This document shows, piece after piece, positions 37,390 to 52,684 of a DNA stretch of 64,000 bases. The translations under genes were made by a program, and so were the position numbers. Origin of the DNA: the human T2T-CHM13v2.0 reference genome, Homo sapiens; the NCBI RefSeq assembly GCF_009914755.1, contig NC_060925.1; one strand, written 5' to 3'. The notes beneath the pieces were generated by a model. The model made no database searches and was not told the origin of the DNA. It saw only the letters and a list, made by a program, of their open reading frames with translations. Position 1 is the stretch's first letter. Every line of letters begins with the position of its first letter.

Positions 37390-38074
37390 CAGGCATTTAG
37401 ATCTCTGCCTGCCTCTTCTACTGCTGAGGAAATTTTCTGCTCCCTATATACATATTTTATTGTGTTCTTAGTCTTAAATGGGCGATTGCAACACAGGTTT
37501 GGTTTATCATATAAGCTCATTATGACTTGTCCAGATTACTCTGAATTTCAGCCCTACATAAAACCGTGAAATAAAAAAGGTTTTCTTCTGTATCTCCAGT
37601 TTTACCTGTTACATCTTTCGCTCTCTCGGTGATTTCTCCCTTCCTCCAGTAGCCAGTGCCTCTTTTCCAAATCTTCCTGTTAGTAAAAAAAAAAAAGACT
37701 AAAAAATCATGTGATAAACTCATTTATATAAGATTAGTGATTCGAGTCATGAAGTGCTCTTCTTGGGCAAAGTTGATTTAAATAGGGCACAGGATTTAAG
37801 TCAAAGTGAAAAAAAAAAAAAGTGTAACGATGGGCTTTCAGGCATCAGGTAGCCCAGTCAGGGAAGGATTTTTTGGTGTGGTCAAATTCCTTTCAAGACC
37901 CTGTAAAATCTTGCCAGACAGCTTGTTACCTTTCTATCATTGGAAACGTATCCTTGGAAGAGTCATATAATGCAACTAAAGTTATTTGTTCCATAGTATG
38001 CATGGAAAGATTTAGCTTTATCTGTAAGAAATACAAAGCCAAACTCGAACCTTCTTAAAAAGCTGTCAAAATCA

Positions 38075-38379
<305 letters not shown>

Positions 38380-38858
38380 TTATTGTCTCAGAGGAAGGGG
38401 TAGGCTTCAAGCTGGGTTTGAGTGCTTCCATCATGTGTCAGCTTCATCCTCAGGCTGGCTTCCTCATGGTAGCAAAAGTGGCTGCAGTAACTATTGGACT
38501 CACATCTACCCATCACACTAGCCAGAGTAAGAAAAAGAGCACTTTTCATTTCCCAACAAACACAAGATATGGCCTTCCATGTGACTGGCACCAATTTAGA
38601 CTCATGTCAGTGCCTATCAGTGAATACTGACAGGTCAAGTGAGAATGGGATTAGGCTGATTATCACAATCACTGTCCACACCTGGAGCGGGAGATGGGCC
38701 TAATCAGATCCTTGGCTGTCTTGCAATTGCAGAGGGGTGGAAATATATTCTGGGGAATCAATCAATATAATGCTCACTATAAAATCAATATGATATTCTG
38801 TACCATTAGATACCAGTTTAAACTCTTACATTATTGTTCAATGTTTAACTTGTTTCTA

Positions 38859-38992
38859 ATTTTTTTTTTCTTTTTTGTGGAGACAGGGTATTGTTATGTT
38901 GCCCAGGCTAATCTTGAACTTCTGGGCTCAAGCAATTCTGCCTTGGCCTCTCAAAGTGCTGGGATCACAGGCATGAACCACTGCACCTGGTC
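38859..38992 (-). mobile_element. FLAM
   Basis: Single Alu arm. Confidence 0.8.
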
Positions 38993-41129
38993 TGTTTCCA
39001 ATTTTTGATATTACATTTTAAACTAGGAGTTGCAGACATAAATGAGAGAAACAACACTGTAAGATACAATAGAGAATGTAGAGACTTTGGCAAAAGAGAG
39101 AATGCATGTCCTGCAGCTGATCGTTATCATGTAATAATGTAAGCTCACTGTTACCAAATCTTCCACTTTTTAAAGAGAAGCCCAAAATGCATGTATAATC
39201 TTCTGGTTTTTAACTTTGGATATGTGTTTTTTTAAGCACCATGTATGCCAAACAAAACATGTTTGTGGGTTTGATTTGTACCTGGGGCACCAGTTTGTCA
39301 TGTTATGAATCATGCTGGAGTATTTTATAACACCATCTCTCAAAGTGAGAGTTTCAGTCCTTTCATGGACCAGGGCTGCTAGGATACGCTTAATGCAAAT
39401 GAAGCCACAGTGGAAAGAGAAGTGAGCAGCACATACCACATGAAGAATGCTTTGTTATTAATTTTTTATTCCTTTTAGTTTCTCGACTAAAAGCCTGAAG
39501 ATCTGTTAATAATTTTTTGGCATGTGCTTAGAATTGTTTTTCTGGTGGTAAGGATGAGTTTGCATCAGATCACCTTAATTGTCTTTTATCTAGGTTCTCT
39601 CATGACTTGTCTCTTATCTATGTTGTACTGTGAGGAAAAGTTCAGTTTTAAAGAATGACCCCTGTTGATGAGAGGTGTTACATGTGGCCATGGGACAGGA
39701 TTTTTCTTTTCCTTATAGCAAGTTGGCACATGAAGATAGCATGCTCCACTTAAATAGAAGAATTAACTCGCAGTGGCCAGTGGTGTCCACTATTGCTTTC
39801 AAAGACATATGGAACTGAATTTGGGGAACACTAAACTTGTTTTGGACTTGCCATTTTTTTTTAAAATTCTTTTTTAGCTAAGTTACCTATTGAATGCCCA
39901 TAATTACCACATCCATTGTCCTTTTTTGTCAAAAAGCTTCACTCCAGTTAGAAGATACCTGAAGGCAGAAACTGCGGCTTTGTCAACTGTTGATTTCCTC
40001 ATGGCGCGCAGTGTAAATTTACTAGTACTTTATTTAGTAGAGGCTTAGTACTTACTGGTTGGCAGATTTATTAATAGTTCCTGTACATCTCAGGAAATCA
40101 ACAGATGATTTATGTTATTCTAACCCTAACTTTATTAAATATAATAAAAACTTTCAGCATTTATTGTCAGGCCCAGGGCTAGGTAGGCTCCTGAGATACA
40201 GAAGTTAATAAGGGAAGCAGCCCAGAAGGTAGGGGAAACAAAAAAATAGTTACAACACTCTTGATATGTCTCAGCATCTATAGACATTAACATCAGGAAA
40301 AGCGGGGGTGTGGGGGGAAGGAATTTGTCAGGGAGGGCCCTTTGGACAAATGTCACGTTTCTCAGAGTAGCTTTTAAATATGGGTGGGAAAATGAGGGCA
40401 GGGGAATTGAAGTGGGATAGAAGGGAGATATTTAAACTAAAGTCATTCTATGGCTGCAATCACTGGACACTATATTCACTTATCCATGCAATCACATTCA
40501 TTGAGTGCTTCCTATGAGTTAGGCAGGGTGCACAGTGTAAGATACAAATGAATGATACAGGTTCACAGCGGTTGTCTAGTGGGATAAAATGCTGCACAGG
40601 GCAACCTGGATAAGCCTGACATGTTAGGTGCCACAAAACTACAGAACAAAGTGCTAAGGAGATTCGGAAAATTTACAGGTCATTTCTGGTTGCAGGATCT
40701 AGAAGAAGGATGTCCACAATTCAAGGATCAGTACAATCTTCGTAGCGAAAAAGCGTTGGTTTATTCTACCTCTACCTAGTTTGTACCTCAACATCTTTTA
40801 CCCCAAAGGATAAAAAGGTGCAAATGAGGGCACATTTTCTTCATATAATACGTAATGGTGCTTACTTATTGCTTTCCTGTTCATTCCCCGCAGGTGATTT
40901 CCCTCTTCAGTCTCCCCCGAGTCTCACAGAAGGAACTAACAAGGGAGCGCTTCACAAGCACACAGACACCTTCAAACAGGCGCAGAAGAGTACTTGGTGA
41001 AAAAGTATTCTTTCAGGTGACTTTCCTTAAGATTACTGAGCATTAAGAATGAAAATATGTAAACCAGGTTTACGAGCAAGAAAATAATCTCTCCACATTC
41101 AGAGTTAATCTTCCGAACTCAGCAACTGC

Positions 41130-42420
41130 CAGTAGAACGCACCCCGGTCAGGGCGGGCTCGCGGGCGCGGTCCCACCCCCAGGCCCCTCCGCCGCGGAGG
41201 TTCTCCAGCGCCGCCCGTACTCCCGCCTTTCGCGCGTCCCTGCTCTAACAGCTCTGGTTCTGTCAGGACCTCACTCCTCCGCTCCCGGCGCAACCGCTGC
41301 CACGCAGCGACGTGCACGCGCGTGTGCGCCGCCGCCGCCCGGCAGAGTGGGCGCCTCCGACATCAGGAGCGCGCACGCCGCGCAGAGGGGCCTGGACGAG
41401 CGCGCTTCCGACCCGCCGCCACCGCCTCCTCCCCTCCTTCTCGGCCCGCCCCCTCCCTCGCCTCTTCCTGCCAGGCGGCCCTTCTCCCCTCCCCTCTCAG
41501 TTCCCTCCGCCCTCCTCGGGCTCCAGCGGTGGCGGAGCGAACGGGACCGGCCCGGCTTCAGAGCGCGAGGTGGAGGGTGGAACGCGGGCGCCTGAAGGAG
41601 TTGTTGTCTCGGCAGCGCCCGCGGAGACGTGAAGAGGTGAGGCGAGGACGGCCTCCTAGGGACACGAGGGCGGCCCGGCGGCCCGGATCCGCGGGCCGAG
41701 GCTGCCTGGGTGTGTTGGCGTCGGGCTGAGCCTGGGGAGGGTCGAGATGGGGCCCCAGCCGAGGACTGGGATGCGGGAGGACCGCGGTAAGGAGGGTAGG
41801 GGGCGGGTTCAGGACTGTCGGCCGCCTCCCGGACGCCGCAGTTCTCCCAGGTGGCCGCTCCTCGCGGATAGGGCGGGCGGGGTCGGCGCCCTTACCTGGG
41901 GGTGGGGTAGTGGCTTTGGCGGCCGCCTCCTCCAGCTGTGCCCTCCTGACATTGCTGCCTCGGCGGCTGCCGCCCGCTGCTACGCTGTGGCTGCTGCTGG
42001 ATTCGCAGTCCCAGCCGCCCTGCGTCCGGTGGGCGAGTGGTTAGGGTATTTTCTTACCCACACGCAGGCTTCTGTACTCGACCATTTCTCTCCCTCGCCC
42101 TTCCTCTTCCTCCGCCGAGCACTTTGCTCGGCTCCTGCTGTTGATGCTTGTGGTTTTGCAGTTTGGGATGGGATGCGTTCCGGGCAGATCCCTACCTGTA
42201 GGGAATGCCCCGCTTCAAAGTTGACCTCCTGAGCCATGACAAACACCTCCCCCCAACCCCCACCCACCTTGTGAGTGCTCAGTGTCCTGATAACTGAGTC
42301 AAAGTTTCTGAGACTGGGCTAGTACTTTGCACTGGTCGCCAACGGTACAGGGCTGGGCAGTGCGTCAGCATGTGGAAAGGGGCCACCGGCTAGCGGGAGG
42401 TGGCCGGGTGCATGGGAGCT
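41130..42420. promoter_or_regulatory. CpG island / TATA-less promoter
   Basis: Abrupt GC- and CpG-rich, repeat-free segment; GC box ggcccgcccc (~41443); NRF1-like gcgcgcacgc and cgcgcgtgtgcgc; E-box-like gacgtg. Confidence 0.95.
41490..41636 (+). other. RABGAP1L: Non-coding first exon (5' UTR); start approximate
   Basis: Donor GAG|GTGAGG at 41636/41637 inside the CpG island; no ATG in the exon. Gene name comes only from my recollection of the RABGAP1L 5'UTR (...gcggagacgtgaagag) and needs BLAT confirmation. Confidence 0.5.
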
Positions 42421-43197
42421 GAACTGACGGGTTTCAGATACTAGGCAGTGTGTCCAGGTCCTTGGATCTCTCAGATAGGGTTATATTAGAATATGTACCA
42501 AAACTTGGGTGGTCACTTGCAAAATTGGTTTCATGCAAGTAAACTGAAATGCCAGCCTTATTACACTAATGGTAAGGAGAACTTTTGCTTGCCTGACAGA
42601 TTTCAGCGCAGTTTGGAAAATGATTTTAAGGCCTTTATTTTTGGCACTGGAGGGGTTTAGGGATTTTTAATACATTTAAATTTCCTCGTGCATAGTGGGA
42701 GGTAAGTAGTTGCTTGTTAAAATTCTGAAAACACAGTTTCATGAAAACCTTCTGACTTTTCTTACAGTAGTGTTTATATTTGGCATCTTCCGTAGAATAT
42801 CCATTAGTTATGATGTCAGAAGATACGGATGTGAAGTTTGCTTTTTGTGATCACATTGGAAGTGGATTTTGTTCATGGAAAATACTGGTTCACAAGCTCC
42901 TAGTACTAGAAAACTGGCCTGTGATTCATTTTCTCAGTAGAGCGTCCCTTATGAAATTGACAATGAGATTTCTAAGGAGAAAGACTAGTTGAACTTTATG
43001 TATACATTATCATCAAATTGTATTAAGTGTACACCTGCCTGAGGGGTTAGCTCTAGACTTTGAGTTAGACTGGTGTCTATACTAAATCAGTTCAATAAAT
43101 GCGCTGATATTATGTATTATTCATTTGGAGAGAAGTAGATAAAGCAGGGCAGAGTTTATATTTTAACATATTATGTAGCCTACATTTGCTCTGATGT

Positions 43198-43515
<318 letters not shown>

Positions 43516-43701
43516 TCTGATGTGTACTAGTAAGTCATATGGGGAGAAGTAGATGAAATAGGGTAGAGCTTATATGTGAACATATTATATAACCTACATT
43601 GTCCTCTAGAAAGCTGGAAACAAGTTAGTAAGTCTCAGTACTATTGGGGCATATGGTGAATATACAAACCAACCTAAAAAAGTGTGACTGTAAATAGATG
43701 A

Positions 43702-44010
<309 letters not shown>

Positions 44011-44728
44011 ATTTTTTTTTTTTTCACCTGAGTTATTTGATGGGAATTTCTATATATTACAGTTGCGATGTTCTGAGAATTTTTGTTTCTTTGATAATTG
44101 TTTCATGATTTAGATGTTTTCTTTTTACGCTGGTAGTTATGATTTTTTTTTCCTTTGAATGAAAGAATTTTATTAGGCATGTGAAACAGGAGTTTTCATG
44201 TGATCAGCTCTCCAGTTCTAAATTTGTGACTTTTAAAAAACTTGAATTTTTTTCTTTGCCTTAACCCAAACTTGAATTTGCTCAGCCATTGTATATTTAT
44301 TTGAACTCTCAGATGATACAGCATTGAAGCAGAAAGTCCTTTTATCCATGCTTTTGGAGTAATCAAAAGAAGGAATTCTGTTGTGCCAAGTAAAAATATG
44401 TGTGGGAGATAGCTAGGCTTCAAGAGATTGACTTTGAAGAGAGTAGTGGCTAAGTAGCAAAAATTTCCTATATTGAAGGTGTAGAAGTGGGCCTGCATTC
44501 CAACCTACCATTGTCTTCAAGTGGGGTATGGATCATTATGACTGGTTAGAGGGGGTTTGGAGAATGAAGTTGTTGCTGTAAGCCTATGGGATTCCCAGGC
44601 ACAGAGCTTGCTTATGTCTTAATTTTAATGAGTTCTATATTTTTATAACTCTTGACTTATATAAATGGGTCAGCCGTTGAGTCTGAGGATGACCAGCAGC
44701 CCAAGGCTATTCCAGGTGCTGGTATTTC

Positions 44729-44989
44729 TTTTTTTTTTTTTTTCTCTTTCTGTTTTTTTTTTTTTTTTTTTTTTTTAATTATACTTTAAGTTTTAGGGTA
44801 CATGTGCACATTGTGCAGGTTAGTTACATATGTATACATGTGCCATGCTGGGAATTGAACAATGAGATCACATGGACACAGGAAGGGGAATATCACACTC
44901 TGGGGACTGTGGTGGGGAGGGGGGAGGGGGGAGGGATAGCATTGGGAGATATACCTAATGCTAGATGATGAGTTAGTGGGTGCAGCGCA
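44729..44989 (-). mobile_element. Short 5'-inverted (twin-primed) L1PA2-like insertion
   Basis: Antisense 3' end 44729-44851 joined to sense 3'UTR piece 44852-44989; 17-bp TSD ccaggtgctggtatttc at 44712-44728 and 44990-45006. Confidence 0.96.
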
Positions 44990-46471
44990 CCAGGTGCTGG
45001 TATTTCAAAGATGGCTCAGGGGTTTCTTGTGGAGATGATCTGATGAGCATTTTGCCATTACAAACAGTGGAGGCGGAGAAAGTACGGACTTGAGCCTGAG
45101 TTATGGTAAAACATACTCATTTTTAAAGGAGAGTTTTAATGCTGATATTATAGAGAAAGACATTGTTTGACTCCTAGACTTTCAGAACGGGAAATAATTT
45201 TGACTTTATAGTCAGTATTTGAATTGGGTATAAGTATGTGAACATCAGTGGACCCTAATAAGGAAGAGTTAATGAATTAAGAAGAGCTTGCATCTCTGAA
45301 CATCTTCTTTTTATACTTCGTTTACTTCCCATATTGCTCTTATTCAACAGATGGGATGGCATAATTGGGTATACGAAGTTTATGCGCATGCTAACTCTTT
45401 TTTGTTATCTTTTGGTGTTTTTTGGTGTACTTTTTGGGGATTTTCCTGGGAAAGTTCTAGGCATATATTCAGTTGATTTAGAGTTAGATTTGGGCTAAGA
45501 TTATTAGTATACTTGAAATTCTGAGCCTTCTTATTTTCTAAATAGCTTTTAAAGTAGAAAACATTTGCCAGTGCTGTTGGGCTTAAAAAAAAAAAAACCC
45601 AACAACAACACAATTCTTTATAAATACTCATGAAAAATCTGGTTACAGGCTGTGTTGTGATAGACATAGTACAGCCAAAAATATATTTAAGAAAATTCTC
45701 ACCCAGTTTAGTAAGCTTAAATAAGAGGAAAATAAGACAGTTTTTTTTTTTAATAAAAGGCTGATTTTCCCAGAATATGAAGCCTAACAACTGTTTGCTG
45801 TGTTATTTTCCCTGTTGCCTGTTCTAAATTCAGCAAGAACTATGCATCCCTAGTCCATGGTAAAAGCTTAGTTCCAGTAGGTGATTCTTAGTAATGGAAG
45901 TCTCATTGAGGGATGCAAGGGAATTTGATTGGGAAACATCAGGCATGGAACATTTACTTTTTACTGCTCTAATTTTCTGTGTATCTGGGTATTCAGTGGG
46001 GTGGGAACATGAGCACAAATACTAGAATTATCTGGATTTTTTTTTTATACTATGGATTTCCTCCTCTTACCCCCTACCTGCCCCCCAACCCATTGCTAAG
46101 TGAGCCATTGATAGTAGGAGTGTGTTATATCCTTCAGGTATGTAGGGCTGAACAAATGCTGAAAACCTTGGCACTTGGCTGATATTCCATAAACCAAATT
46201 CCTGCTCTGTGTAATTTGCCTTCTGGTGATATCAGTTTGTTACTCCCATTTTTGAAGAAAAATATGAATTGTGGTGAAGAGACATCTGTAACCAAGAGTA
46301 AGATTTATCAAATTATGTAGTATACATGAAGGACACCAGGAGATTGTTTACCTGAACATTTATTAAACTCATTTGACTGTGACCCACAATAAAAAATACA
46401 TTTTACTACTTGATTCCGCAAGCGCACACACACACAAAGTTGAAAGTTTGGTGAAATAATATTTATCTTTT

Positions 46472-46673
46472 CAGGGCCCTACTGAGTTAGCTATAATGGC
46501 TTGCAAGACCAGTTGTGCATATTTCTTCCTATCTAGCTCTTTGTCCAGTGACATCATGTTGGTAGCTCAAAATTGGTCATGGTGGGAATATTTACACCAG
46601 GAAATTCAGCAAATGGTATTCTTAGGGCTTCCCTCCTCATAGGTAGTTGTTAAACATTTATAGCACCCCACTG
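46472..46673 (+). mobile_element. MER63A (hAT-Blackjack MITE)
   Basis: cagtgacatcatgttggtagctcaaaattggtcatggtgggaatatttacacc...gttgttaaacattta..gcaccccactg. Confidence 0.75.
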
Positions 46674-47128
46674 CTTATAACACACATTGATATATTCTGT
46701 TATTTCATTTCATTTTAAAAATGCTGGGTTTTGACTTCCAAATTAATTTTACACCCAGCTAATGGATTATAGCCTACATTTAACAACAAATACAACTAGT
46801 TTAGCCTACCCTCTTAACTTTGTAAGTGAAGGAACATACTAAGAGCCTCAAGGCCAAGGTCAGATAGTGAGTTATTAGCAAAGCCAGGGCTCTGGACTCA
46901 ATCTGGAGTTGTTTCTGGTGGGCTTCTTTCCTAACCTCACTTAGTGTGTATAAGGGATTGTGTTAATCAGTTTGAATAAAGATGGACCTTGACCCTGAGG
47001 ACTTTATGCTTAGGTGGGGGATTAAATATGGAAACAACAGTGATAATGAAAGGCAGAAAGTAATGGGTGGTAAAAAGATAAAGATAAGGAACTATAAGAG
47101 TTTAGAGAGGAGGGAGAGATTACTTTTA

Positions 47129-47421
<293 letters not shown>

Positions 47422-47467
47422 TACTTTTAGTTTTAAGGATAAAAGAAGAGGTGACATTTGAACTACT

Positions 47468-47770
47468 TTTTTTTTTTTTTTTAATTTGGAGACAGCATCT
47501 CACTCCCGTTACTCAAACTGAGTGCTGTGGTGCCATCACAGCTCACTGCATCCTTGATTTCCTGGCCTCTAACAGTTCTTCTGCCTCAGCCCCCAAGTGG
47601 CTGGGACTATATAGGCACACACCAACATGCTTGGCTAATTTTTCATTACTTGTAGAGACGGGGTCTCATTATGTTGCCCAGGCTGTTCTTGAACTTCTGG
47701 ACTGAAACTGTCCTCCTGCCTCGGCCTCCCAAAGTGCTGGGATTACAGTTGTGAGCCACCACGCCCGGCC
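47468..47770 (-). mobile_element. AluJ
   Basis: TSD tgaacta. Confidence 0.9.
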
Positions 47771-49952
47771 CCTGAACTATGCTTTGAAGAATGGGTAGGA
47801 TTTGGACATGTGGAAATAGGACAACTAGTATGAGAGAAAGGCCTTTCTGGGCCAGGGGCCAGGGTGATCAAAGGCATACAAGCATAGACAGGGAAAAATG
47901 AGTAGTGAAAGAGCTAGGCAAGAAAGAGTCCGTTAGCACCAGATGGTTAAGAGCCTAGAATGCCAGTTTTCCTTTCTGCTTTTCAGTTTATCTTTCATTT
48001 TTGACTCTGGAGTAATCTAGTACTTCTTAACATTGAACAGGATTTATATGTTATGATTAAAATATGATCCAGAGAGCACATAAGTATCCTTAGAGTAGAA
48101 GCTGAAGGGAAAAATTATTAGTGTTAGAGAAGCAACCTTGAGTTTACCAATCCTAAAAGTGTTGGAAAGTGAAAAATATTTTATTTGTAAGGAGAGACAG
48201 TGTTTTTTTTTTGTTTGTTTTTTGTTTTTCTTCATTAGCGTCAAATTGGCTGTAGTAGAACAGGAAGCAGTTTTGAAAGTCTTTACAAGGGCCTTCTAAA
48301 ATGTGATTTCTAAATGACTGGATCTTAATTTTTGGAGGCAGGTTTAGTTCAGGCAGAAGGGTAGTTTATACAGATCTGCAGCTAAGCTGAGTAGCTTTTA
48401 GAATTTAGGGCAGCAAAGCAGGGTATTTTATACAAAATCCACTTGTAAGGAATTGATGGCTTCTTTATTCCAAGAATTTTCTTAGATTTCAGCATTTATG
48501 TCTTTGACAGCCTGTATGACTGAAGATGTTTTGAAGTCTTGGATGGAACTTGCCTTGTTTCACAGGGGAATTGGGTAGCTAGAAATGAAGGTATAAATGC
48601 CAGTAAGTTGTGTCTGTTAATCAAGTTGAAGTACTGGTGGCAGTTCTCAAGCTTTTCTGTCTGCTGATGATTTCACACTTACTGCTTCTAATTAAATAGT
48701 GTGTAGTCGATTTGAAGAAGCCTTGCTTCTCTTTGACCCACCAGTTCTGTAAAGGTAAAAGCCTTCTTAGAGTGTTGCCCAGGTAACAACACATACAGAG
48801 ACTGCTTAATAGCTCATCATGGAAGTGTGTGGAAAATTTTGGAAATGTTGGTAAAGAAGTTGCTATAGTAAATAACTACTTGGTTGGTAAAAAGCTGGGC
48901 TACTTCTGGATAGTTGATAAAGAGTTTTTGAGATGAGCCGTGGTTCTAAAATAAATATGAATTGTGTCATTGCCACACGATTTTCTTCAGTTATGTAAGC
49001 TCCTAATATGTAAATGTTGTCCTACCATTTTAGAAGGTGTCAGCAGTTTCATGTGACCTGTTCCACAATATAGCACACCCCAAACACCACGATAAGAGTT
49101 CAAATATGGCATGGCCCAGATGCCTCACACCAGTTAAATGATAAAGCTAATCATGTCAGCACAGTGTTTCTGTTAAAGTTTTTTCCCCCTTTTTTGAGGC
49201 ATGTTAGTTTTCACGAATTGAGGTTATTAGAATCTTTCCAGATTTTCTGCCACCATTTTTTTTGTGTGTGTGGTAAAAAGTATAATGATGGTGCCCTTAA
49301 TTAAATTATGTAAACATTTGTAAAGATATACACGCATACACATAGTGTGCATATATGTATGTGTAGACATACATACATATATATTTACATATCATTAGTT
49401 CTTGGAATTTGTGGTGAAAATACACCCACCTGGCAAATGGTTGAAAACAAGTGTTCTAGCTCTTTGAAGACTACCATGTGAGTATTCACAAATATGAAAG
49501 TAATGCAAACCCAAAGGGAGTTTTTGTATGCCCAATTTCAAGAAAGGAGCACATTTTAAAAGGCAAGTATGGAATTCATTCATATACCAGTGAGGAATTT
49601 CTCAACTTCTCCTTTACCCCACACATACACCCGTTTACCATTCTCATTATTAGCAGTAAGCAAAATTAGAAGACTTTAAGAATCAGACTTCTACTACAAG
49701 TGATGCAAATAAATATTATTTTTAGAAAAAATACAAACCTGTGGTTTTGAGTTATGAAGGTTTAAGAGACACATATTACTAGTTTTTTTTATAAACTACA
49801 TGGAGTGTTTTCTGTGCTTCAAGATGTCGTAATTGTCATTGTGAGGCCTTTTGCTGAGAGCATTGTATAAAGGAATAGTTGTTAGAATGGTTATTAGGTG
49901 TTTCTTTGAATAGTTTATTTTTCTGTAGTCAATTTATCTTGCATACATTGAT

Positions 49953-50303
<351 letters not shown>

Positions 50304-50812
50304 TCAACCATTGAAGGGAGGTTATATATATATTGGCAGACAGTAGGGTTTCTGAAGTTGTTTTAGAATAATTTTGTTATTGAGCAGCTGTTTTATCACC
50401 AGACCTCATTCATTTATTATTGCTTTTTTCCATTTTTTTTTAAATCTCATGAACTGTATTCTTTCATTTTAAATCTCTCATATTTGCCCTGAAGTCAGTG
50501 GTCATATTTGGACTAATGTTTTGATTTGCTGTTGTCTGCGCAAAGATCTATTACCAAGTTGCATGATCAAGTTGGTATTGAATGGTAATTCAGTTAATGT
50601 CTTCTTCTCTCCATTCCTTTTTTCCTTCTGTATTCTAGAAGTTACCTTAACACTAGTGTGAGATTCCTGGCAAAGTTAATGGGGAAATGAAATTAAATAT
50701 TACTGTTATTCAAATCCTAGGGTGACCTTTTTGCCAACACTAATGAACATAGAAAATTTTTCAGCATGAATTATGCAGCTTAAATTTTCACTGAGGCTAG
50801 GCCTCTTAAGTT

Positions 50813-51040
50813 TAAAAAATTAAAAGTTAAAAAAATATTTATGGGGTACAAGTGCAGATTTCTTACATGTATAGATTCTTACATGTATAGATGTGGTGAA
50901 GTCTGGGCTTTTAGTATACCCATCACCTGAATATCCACCATTCTGTATGTCCATGTGTACCCATTGTTTAGCTGTCACATATAAGTGAGAACATGCGGCA
51001 TTTGACTTTCTGTTTCTGAGTTATTTTACATATGATAATG
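50813..51040 (-). mobile_element. Short L1 3' end (L1PB4/L1MA1-like)
   Basis: tttatggggtacaagtgcag...ataagtgagaacatgcgg; 15-bp TSD taggcctcttaagtt at 50798-50812 and 51041-51055. Confidence 0.85.
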
Positions 51041-51194
51041 TAGGCCTCTTAAGTTAAAAAACATTCTGACATGCATTTTATAGTTCTTGTCAACATTATC
51101 AATAGCTTTGATAGATGAAACAGGTTTCTCCTGTTGCAGTTGGTATCACACACAATAAATTAGCCATCCCTACCATTTGAAAATATAAAGGTGT

Positions 51195-51487
51195 TTTTTT
51201 TTTTTGACACGGAGTCTTGCTCTGTCGCCCAGGCTGGAGTGCAGTGGCATGATCTTGGCTCACTGCAGCCTCTGACCTCTGCCTCCCAGGTTCAAGCAAT
51301 TCTCCTGCCTCAGCCTCCTGAGTAGCTGGGACCACAGGCACGTGCCATCATGTCTGGTTAATTGTTGTATTTTTAGTAGTATTTTCACTATGTTGGCCAG
51401 GCTGGTCTCAAACTCCTGAACTCGTGATCTGCCAGCCTTGGCCTCCCAAAGTGCTGGGATTACAGGCGTGAGTGACTGTGCCTGGCC
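51195..51487 (-). mobile_element. AluS
   Basis: Full Alu. Confidence 0.92.
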
Positions 51488-51654
51488 CAGATAAAGTTTT
51501 TTTAAAAGATAATCTAGTAATAGTAGGAAAGAGAAACCAGTTTATCAGTTAATCTAATACTTCCTATTTTGAATATAAATTTCATTGTGTTGCATGGTAA
51601 CTTCATTATGTTCCACTGAGTATTTACTTTTCTAAAGACAGACCTTTAACAATT

Positions 51655-51950
51655 TTTCCTTTTTTTCATGTTTTGGAGACAGGGTATCTCTCTGTTGCCC
51701 AGGCTGGAGTGCAGTGGCACGGTCATAGCTCATTGCAGCCTCAAACTTCTGGTCTCAAAGCGATTCTCCAACCTTCGTCTCAGGAGTAGCTGGTGGGACT
51801 ATAGGACTGTACCCACCACACTCTGCTAATTTTTTAAATGGGAGTCTCCCTATGTTGCCCAGGCAGGTCTCAGACTCCTGGGTTTAAGCAATCCTCCTGC
51901 CTCAGCCCTTCCAAGCATTGGAATTACAGATGTGAGCCACTAAACCCTGC
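51655..51950 (-). mobile_element. AluJ
   Basis: Diverged Alu. Confidence 0.85.
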
Positions 51951-52194
51951 ACAATTTTTCAACTTTTGGGAATTTCACTTAGAGGAGGATAATAGTAGCT
52001 TTTAGACATTTTTATCAGTTATCCAAGGGTGGAAAAAAATACTTAAAATGCAAGTAACTACAAACATTTTTGGTTTTGTGGGAGACAGTGTAGATAGAAC
52101 ATAGAACCTTAATTCTTGATCTAGTGCTGCTGTGAAATTCAGAGAGAATAAGTAATTTAGACACAACTTCTTTCTCCTCTTTGCACATTAACCA

Positions 52195-52364
52195 TGAGCT
52201 AATATTGAGTGTTTACATGGGGTAGTTATTACATAAGAAAATGTACATTATCTCGCTAATCTTCACAGTAACCATATGAGGTAGGAACGATTATAATATC
52301 ATCTCCAGTTTGCAGGTGAGGAAGCAGGATTAGAGAACTTCAGTAACTTACCTAAGATCACATA
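52195..52364 (-). mobile_element. MIR
   Basis: aatcttcacagtaaccatatgaggtagg...tgcaggtgaggaagc...taacttacctaagatcaca. Confidence 0.75.

Positions 52365-52684
<320 letters not shown>

Noticed and set aside
39768-39790. CTCF-like motif (tggccagtggtgtcc)
   Set aside because: Poor fit to the consensus core
40868-40896. Plus-strand splice-acceptor-like tract (ttcattccccgcag|g)
   Set aside because: Upstream of the promoter, with no supporting exon or ORF
41105-42267. Arg/Pro/Gly-rich ORFs
   Set aside because: Expected stop-codon depletion in a CpG island; they cross the splice donor
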